Source of the DNA: an uncultured bacterium
GTDB taxonomy: Bacteria > Krumholzibacteriota > Krumholzibacteriia > LZORAL124-64-63
DNA: 64,000 nucleotides
Reading direction: 5' to 3'
Assembly (NCBI GenBank): GCA_963732385.1
Contig: CAVSZB010000007.1
Coordinates: forward strand, 1,376,001 to 1,440,000
Part shown: positions 52,802 to 61,490 of the stretch, piece after piece
Position numbering within the stretch: position 1 is the first letter of the stretch
Layout: each line of letters begins with the position of its first letter
Notes under the pieces: model-generated
Databases searched by the model: none
What the model was told of the DNA's origin: nothing
The model's input: only the letters and a program-made list of their open reading frames with translations
Made by a program: the position numbers and the translations under genes

Positions 52802-54522
52802 CAGAGCACCCCCTCGATCTGGGCGAATATCTGCTCGTCGGTGAAATGTCGCGCCTTGATCGCGCCGGACGGACACGCCGCCACGCAGGTCCCGCACGCC
52901 TTGCAGAGCGCGCTGATGACGTGGCTCCGCTTCTTCCCTTCGTCGTATTCGATCGCCGCGTAGGGGCACAGCTCGTTGCACATCCGGCAGCCGGAGCAGT
53001 GCTCCTCGTCCACCTCGGCGTAGACGGCATCGACCTCGATCCGACCGATCGCGATCTTCTGCAGGATGCGCGCCGCCGCGGCGCGGGCCTGGGCCACGGA
53101 GTCGGTGATGTCCTTGGGCGCCTGGCAGGCGCCGGCGATGAACACCCCGTCGGTGGTGGTGGCGACCGGATCGAGCTTCGGATGGCTCTCGATGAACCAG
53201 CCGTCGCGGTCCTGGCTGATGTTCACCAGGCGGGCCACCCGGCCGGCGTCCGGACGCGCCTCCATGCCGACCATGAGCACGACCATGTCGGCCGGGATGT
53301 CCACCTCCTCACCGCTCAGTTCGTCGTTCACCCGGATCAGCATCCCGCAGTCGTACTTCGGACCGGCCTGCCGGATCTCCGGCGACGTGCCCTTGCGGTA
53401 CATCATGAAGATGGTCTTGATCTCCGCCGAGCGGCGATAGAAGTCCTCGCAACCCTTCCCGAAGGCGTGCATGTCGATGTAGAGGTCGTAGACGAACGCG
53501 TCGGGAATGGCCGACTTCACCTCGTGCGCGTACTTCAGCGCCGTCATGCAGCAGACGCGCGAGCAGTAGGGATGGAATTCCTCGCTCCGGCTGCCGATGC
53601 AGTGGATGATCGCCATGTACTGCGGCGGCTTGCCCTGGTCGGTGAGGATCCGTCCCTCGCGCAGCATGTGCTCGAACTCGAACGAGGTGATCACGTTCGG
53701 GAACCAGCCGTAGCCGTAGGCCTTCACGCGTGCGGCGTCGAACGGCTCGTAGCCGGTGCACACCACGACGCTGCCCACTTTCGCCTCGAGCGTTTCGGCG
53801 TCGTCGTCCGCGCCGGTCCGGATCCGCGCCGTGAAATTGCCGATGTACCCGGTGAGCTCCTCCACCTGCGCGTTCAGCAGCAGGCGTACGCGCGGGTCCT
53901 CCTTCACCCGGGTGATCCGCTCCAGCAGCATGTCACGCCCGGAATCGAGATAGGGCGCCGTCAGGTCCACGCGCGCCACGTTGCCGCCCAGATGGTCGCT
54001 CGCCTCCACGAGGAAGACAGGCTGTTCGGCGCCGGCCAGCTCGAGCGCCACCGTCATGCCGGCCATGCCGCCGCCGATCACGAGCGTGGCGGGATTCATG
54101 TCCACGTAGCGCTTCTCGAGCGGCTCGTGGAGCGCGACCCGGCGCACGGCCGCCCGGGTCAGCGCCGCGGCCTTGTCCGTGGCGGCGCGGTGATCCTCGT
54201 GCACCCACGAGCACTGCTCGCGGATGTTGGCCATCTCGAGGAAATACGGGTTGAGCCCCGCCCCGCCGAGGGCGGTGCGGAAAGTCGGCTCGTGCATGCG
54301 CGGGCTGCAGGCCGCCACCACCACCCGGTCGAGCCCGAGCTCGCGGATGTCCTGCTGGATCATCTCCTGGCCCGGATTGGAGCACATGTACTTGTAGGAG
54401 CGGGCCACCACCACGCCCGGCAGCGCTTCCGCGGACCGCGCGACTTCGTCGCACTCGACAACTTTCGCGATGTTCGTGCCGCAATTGCAGACATAGACGC
54501 CGATCCTGCGCTCGTCCGTCAT
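52801..54522 (-). CDS. hdrA: HdrA-like flavoprotein (N-terminal Cys cluster, FAD domain, C-terminal 2x[4Fe-4S])
   Basis: VYVCNCGTNI, YMCS, AACSP, NIREQCSW, IGGGMAG, HCIGSR, YCSRVCCM, CSGCRMCNELCP, CKACGTCVAACP. Confidence 0.9.
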   Translation of the reverse strand: MTDERRIGVYVCNCGTNIAKVVECDEVARSAEALPGVVVARSYKYMCSNPGQEMIQQDIRELGLDRVVVAACSPRMHEPTFRTALGGAGLNPYFLEMANIREQCSWVHEDHRAATDKAAALTRAAVRRVALHEPLEKRYVDMNPATLVIGGGMAGMTVALELAGAEQPVFLVEASDHLGGNVARVDLTAPYLDSGRDMLLERITRVKEDPRVRLLLNAQVEELTGYIGNFTARIRTGADDDAETLEAKVGSVVVCTGYEPFDAARVKAYGYGWFPNVITSFEFEHMLREGRILTDQGKPPQYMAIIHCIGSRSEEFHPYCSRVCCMTALKYAHEVKSAIPDAFVYDLYIDMHAFGKGCEDFYRRSAEIKTIFMMYRKGTSPEIRQAGPKYDCGMLIRVNDELSGEEVDIPADMVVLMVGMEARPDAGRVARLVNISQDRDGWFIESHPKLDPVATTTDGVFIAGACQAPKDITDSVAQARAAAARILQKIAIGRIEVDAVYAEVDEEHCSGCRMCNELCPYAAIEYDEGKKRSHVISALCKACGTCVAACPSGAIKARHFTDEQIFAQIEGVL

Positions 54523-54535
54523 GCTTCGCCTCCCG

Positions 54536-55678
54536 TCAGGCGACCTGCGCCTGGGTCGCGGTCCGCGGCTCGCGGTCGCGGACCGTGAACGCCTCCGCCT
54601 GCAGCTCGGAGAAGTACATGGCCAGTGGCCGATAGGCCAGATGGGCCCACTTGCTGAACGGCACTTCGAGCACCAGCATCGGCACCACGCCCATCATGTG
54701 GGCGAGGTAGAGGATGTTGGCCGCGTGTCCCTGCCCCGTGCGGTGCAGGACGTGCTGCGCCACGCCGGTCGCCGCCACGTAAAGGAGCATCACCAGGAAG
54801 ATCCAGTCCGTCTCGTGCGAATGCCGGTAGTGCGTTTCGGTCTTGCGCAGCCGCCCGCGCAGCGCCCAGATCCCGGTGCCCAGCAGGCCGGCCGAGGCGA
54901 GGTAGCCGAAGACATGCACGCCCCAGTTGATCTCGGGGCCGTGCTGCATCTGGTGCAGGAACAGCATGATCAGCACGAGCATCGTCAGGTAGCTGAGCAT
55001 CAGCACCAGGTGGACGGCCCAGGGCCGCTTCCGGTCGCACTCGCGGTAGCGCTTCTGGGTGAGGAAGTGCAGCGGCAGCAGCCACGCCTTGCGCAGGTAG
55101 GCCGACAGCGGCACGCGCAGCGGCTGCCGTCCCATGGTGTACCACCACATGCGGGCGCAGTTGACGAGCAACAGAGTCCCCAGCACGCCGGCCATGATCC
55201 AGTCGAAGGTGTGCACGAACGAGCTGGCCAGGAACGCCCGCGGTCCGTCGTACTGCCGGATGTCCCCGTGCGCGGTGCCCCAGGCCCAGAAGCCGAGGCC
55301 GGTCAGCAGGGCCACCACCACGATCGCCGCGGCCTCGAGCCGCCACGAACGGTAGAACAGGCGCGAAAGGCCGGTGAAGTCGTACTGTGCGGTGAGCCAG
55401 CGGCGCATGCTCATCATCGTCTCGCCCGGCTCCGCATCGCGCGGGCACTCGTCCGAACACTCCCCGCAGTAGTAGCAGAGCCACGGCTCGAGATTGCCGC
55501 GCAACTTGTCCTCCAGCCCCATCTGGAGGAACCGCATCGATTTGCGGGGGAACAGGAACGGCTCCTTCGAGAAGGGACAGGTGGCGCTGCAGTTGCCGCA
55601 GTGGTAGCACTTCAGCACGTCCTGCGCGCCGTAGTGCTCCAGTTCTCCGACCAGCCTCGGATTCGCCATCACCACCAT
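54536..55678 (-). CDS. QmoC-like protein (HdrC-type 2x[4Fe-4S] + di-heme b membrane domain)
   Basis: CYHCGNCSATCP, WLCYYCGECSDECPR, about 6 TM helices with His residues, PFSKWAHLAYRP. Confidence 0.8.
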   Translation of the reverse strand: MVVMANPRLVGELEHYGAQDVLKCYHCGNCSATCPFSKEPFLFPRKSMRFLQMGLEDKLRGNLEPWLCYYCGECSDECPRDAEPGETMMSMRRWLTAQYDFTGLSRLFYRSWRLEAAAIVVVALLTGLGFWAWGTAHGDIRQYDGPRAFLASSFVHTFDWIMAGVLGTLLLVNCARMWWYTMGRQPLRVPLSAYLRKAWLLPLHFLTQKRYRECDRKRPWAVHLVLMLSYLTMLVLIMLFLHQMQHGPEINWGVHVFGYLASAGLLGTGIWALRGRLRKTETHYRHSHETDWIFLVMLLYVAATGVAQHVLHRTGQGHAANILYLAHMMGVVPMLVLEVPFSKWAHLAYRPLAMYFSELQAEAFTVRDREPRTATQAQVA

Positions 55679-55695
55679 GCCGCGTCTCCTTCGGT

Positions 55696-57522
55696 TCAGA
55701 CGGCCGCGCCGGCGCGCGCCCGGGCGCGCGCGACGATCTCATCGAGCGAGACATTGCCGCGACTGTCGCGCCCCTTCCCGCTGAGGATGCTGCGCAGGAC
55801 ACGAGCCGCCACGGCCGAGGCCTGCGCCACGGTGTCGGGAATGTCCTTCGGGCCCTGGCAGACGCCCGCCACATAGACGCCCCCGCGCTCCGTGCCCGTG
55901 GGATCGGTGTTGTAGTCCGCCTCGCTGAACCAGCCGTCCGGGTCGCGCGGGATGCCGAGGCGTGCCGCCAGCGCGTCCGTGCCGGGCGCCGGCTCGAGAC
56001 CCACGGCGAGGATGACCATGTCCACGGGGAATTCGAGCAGTTTCTCGCTGAGGATATCCTCCCCGCGCACGATCAGGCGCCCCTCCCGCGCGGAGACCTT
56101 GGCGCTGCGGCCGCGCACCACGAACACCCCCTCGTCTTTGATCCGCTCGAAGAACGCCTCGTAGCCCTTCCCATAGGCCCGCATGTCGATGTAGTACTCG
56201 TAGCAGGCCGCGTCGGGCAGTTTCTCCTTCACGAGATGGGCGAATTTCAGCGAGTACATGCAGCAGACGCGCGAGCAGTAGGCGTTGTAGTTCACGTCGC
56301 GCGAACCGACGCAGTGGATGATCGCGATGCTCTGCGGGCGCGGACCCTCCTGCTCGAACACCCATTCGTCCTGCTTCGTGCGCCGGTTGTGCCGCTGCGT
56401 CTTCATCACCACCGCCCCACCCGTGGGGCCGGAGGCGTTGGTGAGCCGCTCGAATTCGAGCGCCGTCAGCACGTTGGGGTGCACGCCGTAGCCGTAGCGC
56501 TCGATGCGCCCGGCATCGAAGGTCTCATAGCCGGTGGCCAGCACGATGTTGCCCACCTCGAGTTCCACCACCTGGTCCTGCTCGTCGAAGTGGATCGCCT
56601 CCTTGGCGCACTTCTTCAGGCAGGCGCCGCAGCGCTGGCCGCCACTCTGCACATAGAGACAGTTCGCGGCGTCGATGACGTAGGCGTTCGGCACCGCCTG
56701 CGGGAACGCCATGTAGATCGCCTTGCGCGTCGTGATGCCGTGGTCGAATTCGCTCGGCACCGAAACCGGGCAGACCTCCGCGCAGGCGTGACACGCCACG
56801 CAGGCGTCGGCGGCCACGCGCTTGGCGTGCTGCAGGACGCGGACGCGATAGTCGCCGGGCCGGCCCGTCACGTCCTGCACCTCGGCCATCATCAGCAGTT
56901 CGATCTGCGGATGCTGACCGACAGCCACCATTTTCGGCGTGAGAATGCAGGCGGCGCAGTCGAGCGTGGGGAAAGTCTTGTCGAACATCGCCATGTGGCC
57001 GCCGATGGTCGCCGAGCGCTCGATCAGGTACACCTTCTTGCCGGCGTTGGCGATCTCGAGCGCGGCCTGGATGCCGGCCACCCCGGCGCCGATCACGACC
57101 GTTTCCGAACGGACCGTGGTCACATCGGGCACCGCCGCCAGACCGTACGGGACGCCGAGCACCGCGCAGGTGAGGACCGCCTTCGCCCGCTCGGTGGCAT
57201 TGCGCAGCCCCGCGGCGTGTTCGCGGAAGGAGGCGAGTTTGACCTCCGCCGCATTCCCGCCGGCGTCGGCCATGGCGCGCGTGAAGGCCGGTTTGAAGAA
57301 GCCGGGCGAATCGCCGGCGATGACGAGCCTGGTCAGTCCGGCTTTGCGGATCCGCGCGGTGAGCGCCTCGGGAACGAGCGTCGGCATCTCGCCCAGGTCC
57401 TCGACCAGCGTGACTTCGGGGAGGTTCGCGGCATGGCCGGCGACCGCCTTGAAGTCCACCGCGTCGGCGATGCCGGTTCCCCGCCGGCAGAGGTAAACTC
57501 CAACCCTCGCCACGGCGTCCAT
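55696..57522 (-). CDS. hdrA: Second HdrA-like flavoprotein (inserted ferredoxin domain, degenerate N-terminal cluster)
   Basis: IGAGVAG, FDKTFPTLDCAACILTPKM, CVACHACAEVCP, CGACLKKC, HCVGSRD, YCSRVCCMYSLK, GPKDIPDTV; GAGG RBS before ATG 57522. Confidence 0.88.
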   Translation of the reverse strand: MDAVARVGVYLCRRGTGIADAVDFKAVAGHAANLPEVTLVEDLGEMPTLVPEALTARIRKAGLTRLVIAGDSPGFFKPAFTRAMADAGGNAAEVKLASFREHAAGLRNATERAKAVLTCAVLGVPYGLAAVPDVTTVRSETVVIGAGVAGIQAALEIANAGKKVYLIERSATIGGHMAMFDKTFPTLDCAACILTPKMVAVGQHPQIELLMMAEVQDVTGRPGDYRVRVLQHAKRVAADACVACHACAEVCPVSVPSEFDHGITTRKAIYMAFPQAVPNAYVIDAANCLYVQSGGQRCGACLKKCAKEAIHFDEQDQVVELEVGNIVLATGYETFDAGRIERYGYGVHPNVLTALEFERLTNASGPTGGAVVMKTQRHNRRTKQDEWVFEQEGPRPQSIAIIHCVGSRDVNYNAYCSRVCCMYSLKFAHLVKEKLPDAACYEYYIDMRAYGKGYEAFFERIKDEGVFVVRGRSAKVSAREGRLIVRGEDILSEKLLEFPVDMVILAVGLEPAPGTDALAARLGIPRDPDGWFSEADYNTDPTGTERGGVYVAGVCQGPKDIPDTVAQASAVAARVLRSILSGKGRDSRGNVSLDEIVARARARAGAAV

Positions 57523-57566
57523 AGGACCTCGCTTTCGCTGTCGAAGAGATTGTGAGCGTAAGCCAA

Positions 57567-57584
57567 CTGTGACGCGATTCACAA
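57567..57584. promoter_or_regulatory. Rex- or CRP/FNR-type operator cTGTGAcgcgaTTCACAA
   Basis: Perfect TGTGA-N6-TCACA at 57568-57583, 45 bp upstream of the operon start; matches 12 of 14 fixed positions of TTGTGAA-N4-TTCACAA. Confidence 0.65.
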
Positions 57585-57668
57585 GCCCAAATCGGCAGCC
57601 AAAGGCCGAAAAGACGGGGAATATTCCGGGCCGGGGCTTTGGCTATTATCGCGATTAAATATATCGAC

Positions 57669-59567
57669 TTAGTCCACTGCCGGCAGGACCAGCGTGAAGG
57701 TCGTGCCGCGCTGCTCGGCGCTCTCGAAGGAGATGGCGCCGCCATGCCGTTCGACAATGTCCTTCACGATGACCAGTCCGAGGCCGGTGCCGGAAATCTC
57801 CAGCCGCTTCGCGTTGTCGGCGCGGAAGAATTCGGTGAACAGACTGGCCCGGGCCGACGCGGGAATCCCGATGCCGGTGTCGCTCACGTCGATCCGCGCG
57901 CCGCCGGCGGTCGCGCGGGCGAGCGTCACGGTGACCCTGCCGCCGGACGGGGTGTACTTGATGGCGTTCGAAACGAGGTTCTCCAGCGCCTGCTCCAGCA
58001 ACTCGGCATCGCCCAGCGGCGAAGGGGCGTCGGGAGCCGACTGGATGACGAACTGCAAGCCGCGCTCGGCCGCCTTCTCCTGGAACGTGCGCCCCACTTT
58101 CGCGGCTAGCGCGGCCAGGTCCACCCGCTCGCGCACGAACTCACGCCGCTCCCCCTGGTTCGCGGCGAGCACCATCAGCTCGTTCACCATCTGCCCCAGC
58201 GACCCGGCGCGCCGCTCGACGCGTCGCAGGTACTCGCGCTGGTTTTCGCTGATTTCGCCGATGTAGCCGTCCCGCACCACGGTCAGCATGCTCGACATCG
58301 CCGCCAGCGGCGCGCGCAGATTGTGGGCGATGCGATACGTGAACCGCTCCCGCTCGCGCCCCGCCTCCTCCACGGCCTCGTAGGCGCGCGCGTTTTCGAG
58401 CGCGATCGCCACGAGCTCGGCCGCCAGTCCCATGAAATCCACGTCGTCGCGGCGGAAACGCTCCGGCTCGCGGCAGTAGGCGCCCAGGATACCGATCACC
58501 CGCTCGCCGGTCCTGAGCGGCACGAACAGCACGGACTGGAGGAGCGTCGCCGCGAATCCCTCGCCAAGTTGCGCCAGCTCCGCCTGCGTGACCTGGCCCG
58601 CCGCGAACGGCTCCCCGGCCAGGATGCGCTGGTTGAGCGGACTGAGCGCCGTCTCCACTGCGCCCGCCGCCTCCAGCCCGGGCGGCAGCCCATGCGAGGA
58701 GGCGAGACGCAGGGTCCGGCCGTCCTCCGCCAGCAGCTTCACGGAGCAGCCCTGCACGTCCATCACCTTCGCGAGCTCCGAACAGACCAGCGCCAGCACG
58801 GTTTCGAGCCGACGGCTCCGCACGATCGTCTGCATGATCGTCTGCAGGCTCTGCAGCTTGCGGTTGAGGCCGAGCACCGCTTCGGTCAGATCGGCCAGGT
58901 GCGCGATGCGCAGGCGGATCAGCTCCATGATGCTCGTCGTGGCGAACGAGGTGATCAGCACGGTGGCGGCGAAGAAGCCCCAGGTGAAGAGCGAAGGGAG
59001 CGTGCGCCCGGTCAGGCTCACCGGCTGGTCGCGGTACAGCAGGGGGTGGCCCGGCAGCCAGCCCTGGCTCTCGGCCAGCGTCAGCAGACCCATGCCCAGC
59101 GCCGCCGCGCAGGCGAACCAGTGCGCGGTGCCGTGGCGCAGGAGGATCGACGCGAAGATCACGTGGAAGATGAAGAAGAAAACGAAGGGACTGCCCCCGC
59201 CCCCCGTGAAATGGACGAGCAGGAACATCGCGCCGAAGTCGCAGACCACCTGCCACCGCGTGAACCGGCGCAGCGTCTCCTCGCTCTGCATTTCCGGCTC
59301 GTGGACGAACCGACGATGCCAGCGCAGAAAGAAGAAATTGTAGCCGAGCACCAGCAGCGCCGTGGCCAGCAGCGGCACCGCCGGCAGCCCGACGCCGAGC
59401 AGCCGGCCGAGCGCGAGCCCGGCGACCACGCCCGGCGGCACCCACCACCGCACCCGCACGAACCACAGCGAACGGTCCTTGAGCTCGTGCAGCAGCAGCC
59501 GACGACGCGCCCGCCGGTCCGAGGCGACCCCGTCCGTCTCCCGCTCCAGTGGGCCGTGCGTCGTCAT
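57669..59567 (-). CDS. Membrane sensor histidine kinase with GAF domain
   Basis: 5-6 TM helices, GAF, H-box IAHNLRAPL, NLVSNAIKYT, DTGIGI, GTGLGL. Start uncertain. Confidence 0.92.
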   Translation of the reverse strand: MTTHGPLERETDGVASDRRARRRLLLHELKDRSLWFVRVRWWVPPGVVAGLALGRLLGVGLPAVPLLATALLVLGYNFFFLRWHRRFVHEPEMQSEETLRRFTRWQVVCDFGAMFLLVHFTGGGGSPFVFFFIFHVIFASILLRHGTAHWFACAAALGMGLLTLAESQGWLPGHPLLYRDQPVSLTGRTLPSLFTWGFFAATVLITSFATTSIMELIRLRIAHLADLTEAVLGLNRKLQSLQTIMQTIVRSRRLETVLALVCSELAKVMDVQGCSVKLLAEDGRTLRLASSHGLPPGLEAAGAVETALSPLNQRILAGEPFAAGQVTQAELAQLGEGFAATLLQSVLFVPLRTGERVIGILGAYCREPERFRRDDVDFMGLAAELVAIALENARAYEAVEEAGRERERFTYRIAHNLRAPLAAMSSMLTVVRDGYIGEISENQREYLRRVERRAGSLGQMVNELMVLAANQGERREFVRERVDLAALAAKVGRTFQEKAAERGLQFVIQSAPDAPSPLGDAELLEQALENLVSNAIKYTPSGGRVTVTLARATAGGARIDVSDTGIGIPASARASLFTEFFRADNAKRLEISGTGLGLVIVKDIVERHGGAISFESAEQRGTTFTLVLPAVD

Positions 59568-59690
59568 CTCATTCTCCGGCGCGAGGATAGGTTGGCGGAA
59601 TGCTAGCATCGCCCCCCGTCGATGACACGCGGAATTCGCGCGGCGGCCATGCGACCTGACCCGTCCGCCGTCTCCTGCCGCCAGGATCGG

Positions 59691-59732
59691 AACCAAAAAC
59701 AGAAGGGCCGCCTTCCCGAAGGAAGGCGGCCC
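59691..59732 (-). terminator. Rho-independent terminator
   Basis: 12-bp perfect stem GGGCCGCCTTCC/GGAAGGCGGCCC with a cUUCGg loop, followed by TTCTGTTTTTGG, 21 nt after the stop at 59754. Confidence 0.88.
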
Positions 59733-59753
59733 CAGACAAGGTCACCAAAAATA

Positions 59754-60458
59754 CTACCGGTACTGGGACTTCACGGAGCTCCAGGAGCTGTCCGTGGTCG
59801 GCACAACGCCGCCCAGGCAGAAGGAGGTGCTGACCGTGACGTCATCGATGGTCGCAGTGCCATACCCGGCGGACTGCCGGATCGCGAACCCGGAGATGAG
59901 AGTACCGGGGTACGTGGCCTCGCCGACCAGGCTCGGGCTGGACTCATCGACCGGGTCGATCCACATCGTCGACACGCCCGAGGTCGCATCGTACTTGATG
60001 ACGATGGTGTGGAACTCATCCTTGTTGAGCGGGGCCGACCAGATGGTGGGCGCCGTGCTGGTGGTGTTGATACCGAGCTTGTAAGTGTTGGCATCGACGA
60101 CCCCAGCGAAGACGCGGGCCGCGAAGTAGGTGCCGTTGTTCATGAAGTGGGCGAAATACGCCGAGGCCGTCTGAGTGCCGCTGATCTTCAACTGGAAGCA
60201 GGCGTAGAGCACGTCGGTGGCCGTGGCCTCTTCCTGGGTGCGGAACTGATAGTTGTCGTCGGGCGCAGCGGTCGAGGTGGCGACGGCTTCTCCGTTGAGG
60301 ACCTGAACGTCGGTCCCGGTGCCGCTGTGGGTCACCCAGCCGGGGTTGGCCGTTAGATTTCCGTCCAGGTAGTTGAAATGCTCGGTCCAGGGGAGGGCAG
60401 CTGAGGCCGAAGACGCCGCGAGGACGCCAAGCGCGAGGATAGCGATAACTTTACGCAT
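59754..60458 (-). CDS. Secreted beta-rich (concanavalin-like) protein with C-terminal SWSSVKSQYR motif
   Basis: AAGGGAG RBS, Sec signal MRKVIAILALGVLAASSASA, Thr/Ser-rich beta strands, own terminator. Confidence 0.8.
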   Translation of the reverse strand: MRKVIAILALGVLAASSASAALPWTEHFNYLDGNLTANPGWVTHSGTGTDVQVLNGEAVATSTAAPDDNYQFRTQEEATATDVLYACFQLKISGTQTASAYFAHFMNNGTYFAARVFAGVVDANTYKLGINTTSTAPTIWSAPLNKDEFHTIVIKYDATSGVSTMWIDPVDESSPSLVGEATYPGTLISGFAIRQSAGYGTATIDDVTVSTSFCLGGVVPTTDSSWSSVKSQYR

Positions 60459-60643
60459 GTTGTGGGTCTCCCTTTGGTTAGTGCGTGAACCATGGTGTTG
60501 TGCGGGTCCGGAGTTTTGCTCCAATCCGCTTGAAGGAGAACGGTGACCACGGCTTCCCGCGGTGGATTCGTGTCCGCGACGGAGTATACACAGCCTCTCG
60601 GCTGCCGCCAGTTCTGATACTCCTGCACGCTAGGACCATTCTG

Positions 60644-60673
60644 ATCATAGTTGAAATCGTGCGCGGGATTCAA
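60644..60673 (-). promoter_or_regulatory. Putative sigma70 promoter TTGAAT-N18-TATGAT
   Basis: Near-consensus hexamers about 185 nt upstream of the secreted-protein start. Confidence 0.5.
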
Positions 60674-60896
60674 GCAAAAAGAATCGGCAGGCGCGCTGAT
60701 GACGGTAAAATGCCTCAATAACCGTCATATTTCTCCGATATCACCGCCTGGTCCAACCGCCTCGCCCCCCGCAAGCCGGTCGGGGGCTTCCGCAAAACCC
60801 GATCTGGCCTGCAGATGGACGATGTCCGCCGGACGGTCGGGGCGGCTTTTTCAAGCCGCCCTGCCGTCAGCTGTCCACCAGGTCGTCGCCCACGGC

Positions 60897-61472
60897 TCAG
60901 GCCGGCGCCACCTCGCAGGTGACTTTTTCGATGCGCAGGGGCTCCTGCGGGGTGCCCCGCTCCGAGCCGGCCGCTTCGAGCGCCTGCAGCGTCTCGAGCC
61001 CCCCCTCGACCGCGCCGAAGATCGTGTGTTTGTCGTCGAGCCAGGCGGTCGGCACGAAGGTCAGGAAGAACTGGCTGCCGTCGGTGCCGGGGCCGGCGTT
61101 GGCCTGGGACAGCAGACCGGCGCGGTCGTGGCGCAGCTGCGGGGTGAACTCGCCGTCGAAGCGGTAGCCGGGGCCGCCGGTGCCGGTGCCGAGCGGGCAG
61201 CCGCCCTGCGCCATGAAACCCTTGATGACGCGGTGGAACGCCAGACCGTCGAAGAAGCCGAGCCGCGCCAGGTAGAGGAAGCTCGTGGCGTGCATCGGCG
61301 ACTCGGTCGTGAACAGGCGGATGCGCAGCGGACCCTTGTTGGTCGTCATGTCGGCGTAGTACGCCTTGTCGGCCGCGAAGGCGACCGCCTGCGGTTTGGG
61401 CAGCTTCGTCCGCCAGTCGCCGCGCGTGGTGTCCACCTTGGCCGTGGCGACCAGAGCGTCGATCTCCTGCAT
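60897..61472 (-). CDS. Cyclophilin-type peptidyl-prolyl isomerase
   Basis: FFDGLAFHRVIKGFMAQGGCPLGTGTGGPGY, SQANAGPGTDGSQFF, WLDDKHTIFG. Confidence 0.93.
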   Translation of the reverse strand: MQEIDALVATAKVDTTRGDWRTKLPKPQAVAFAADKAYYADMTTNKGPLRIRLFTTESPMHATSFLYLARLGFFDGLAFHRVIKGFMAQGGCPLGTGTGGPGYRFDGEFTPQLRHDRAGLLSQANAGPGTDGSQFFLTFVPTAWLDDKHTIFGAVEGGLETLQALEAAGSERGTPQEPLRIEKVTCEVAPA

Positions 61473-61490
61473 GATCCCTCTCCTTCCGGG

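Noticed and set aside
52801..57522. Evidence of methanogenesis or sulfate reduction
   Set aside because: No hdrB, mcr, aprAB, sat or dsr in the window; HdrA and Qmo-like modules are widespread in other anaerobes.
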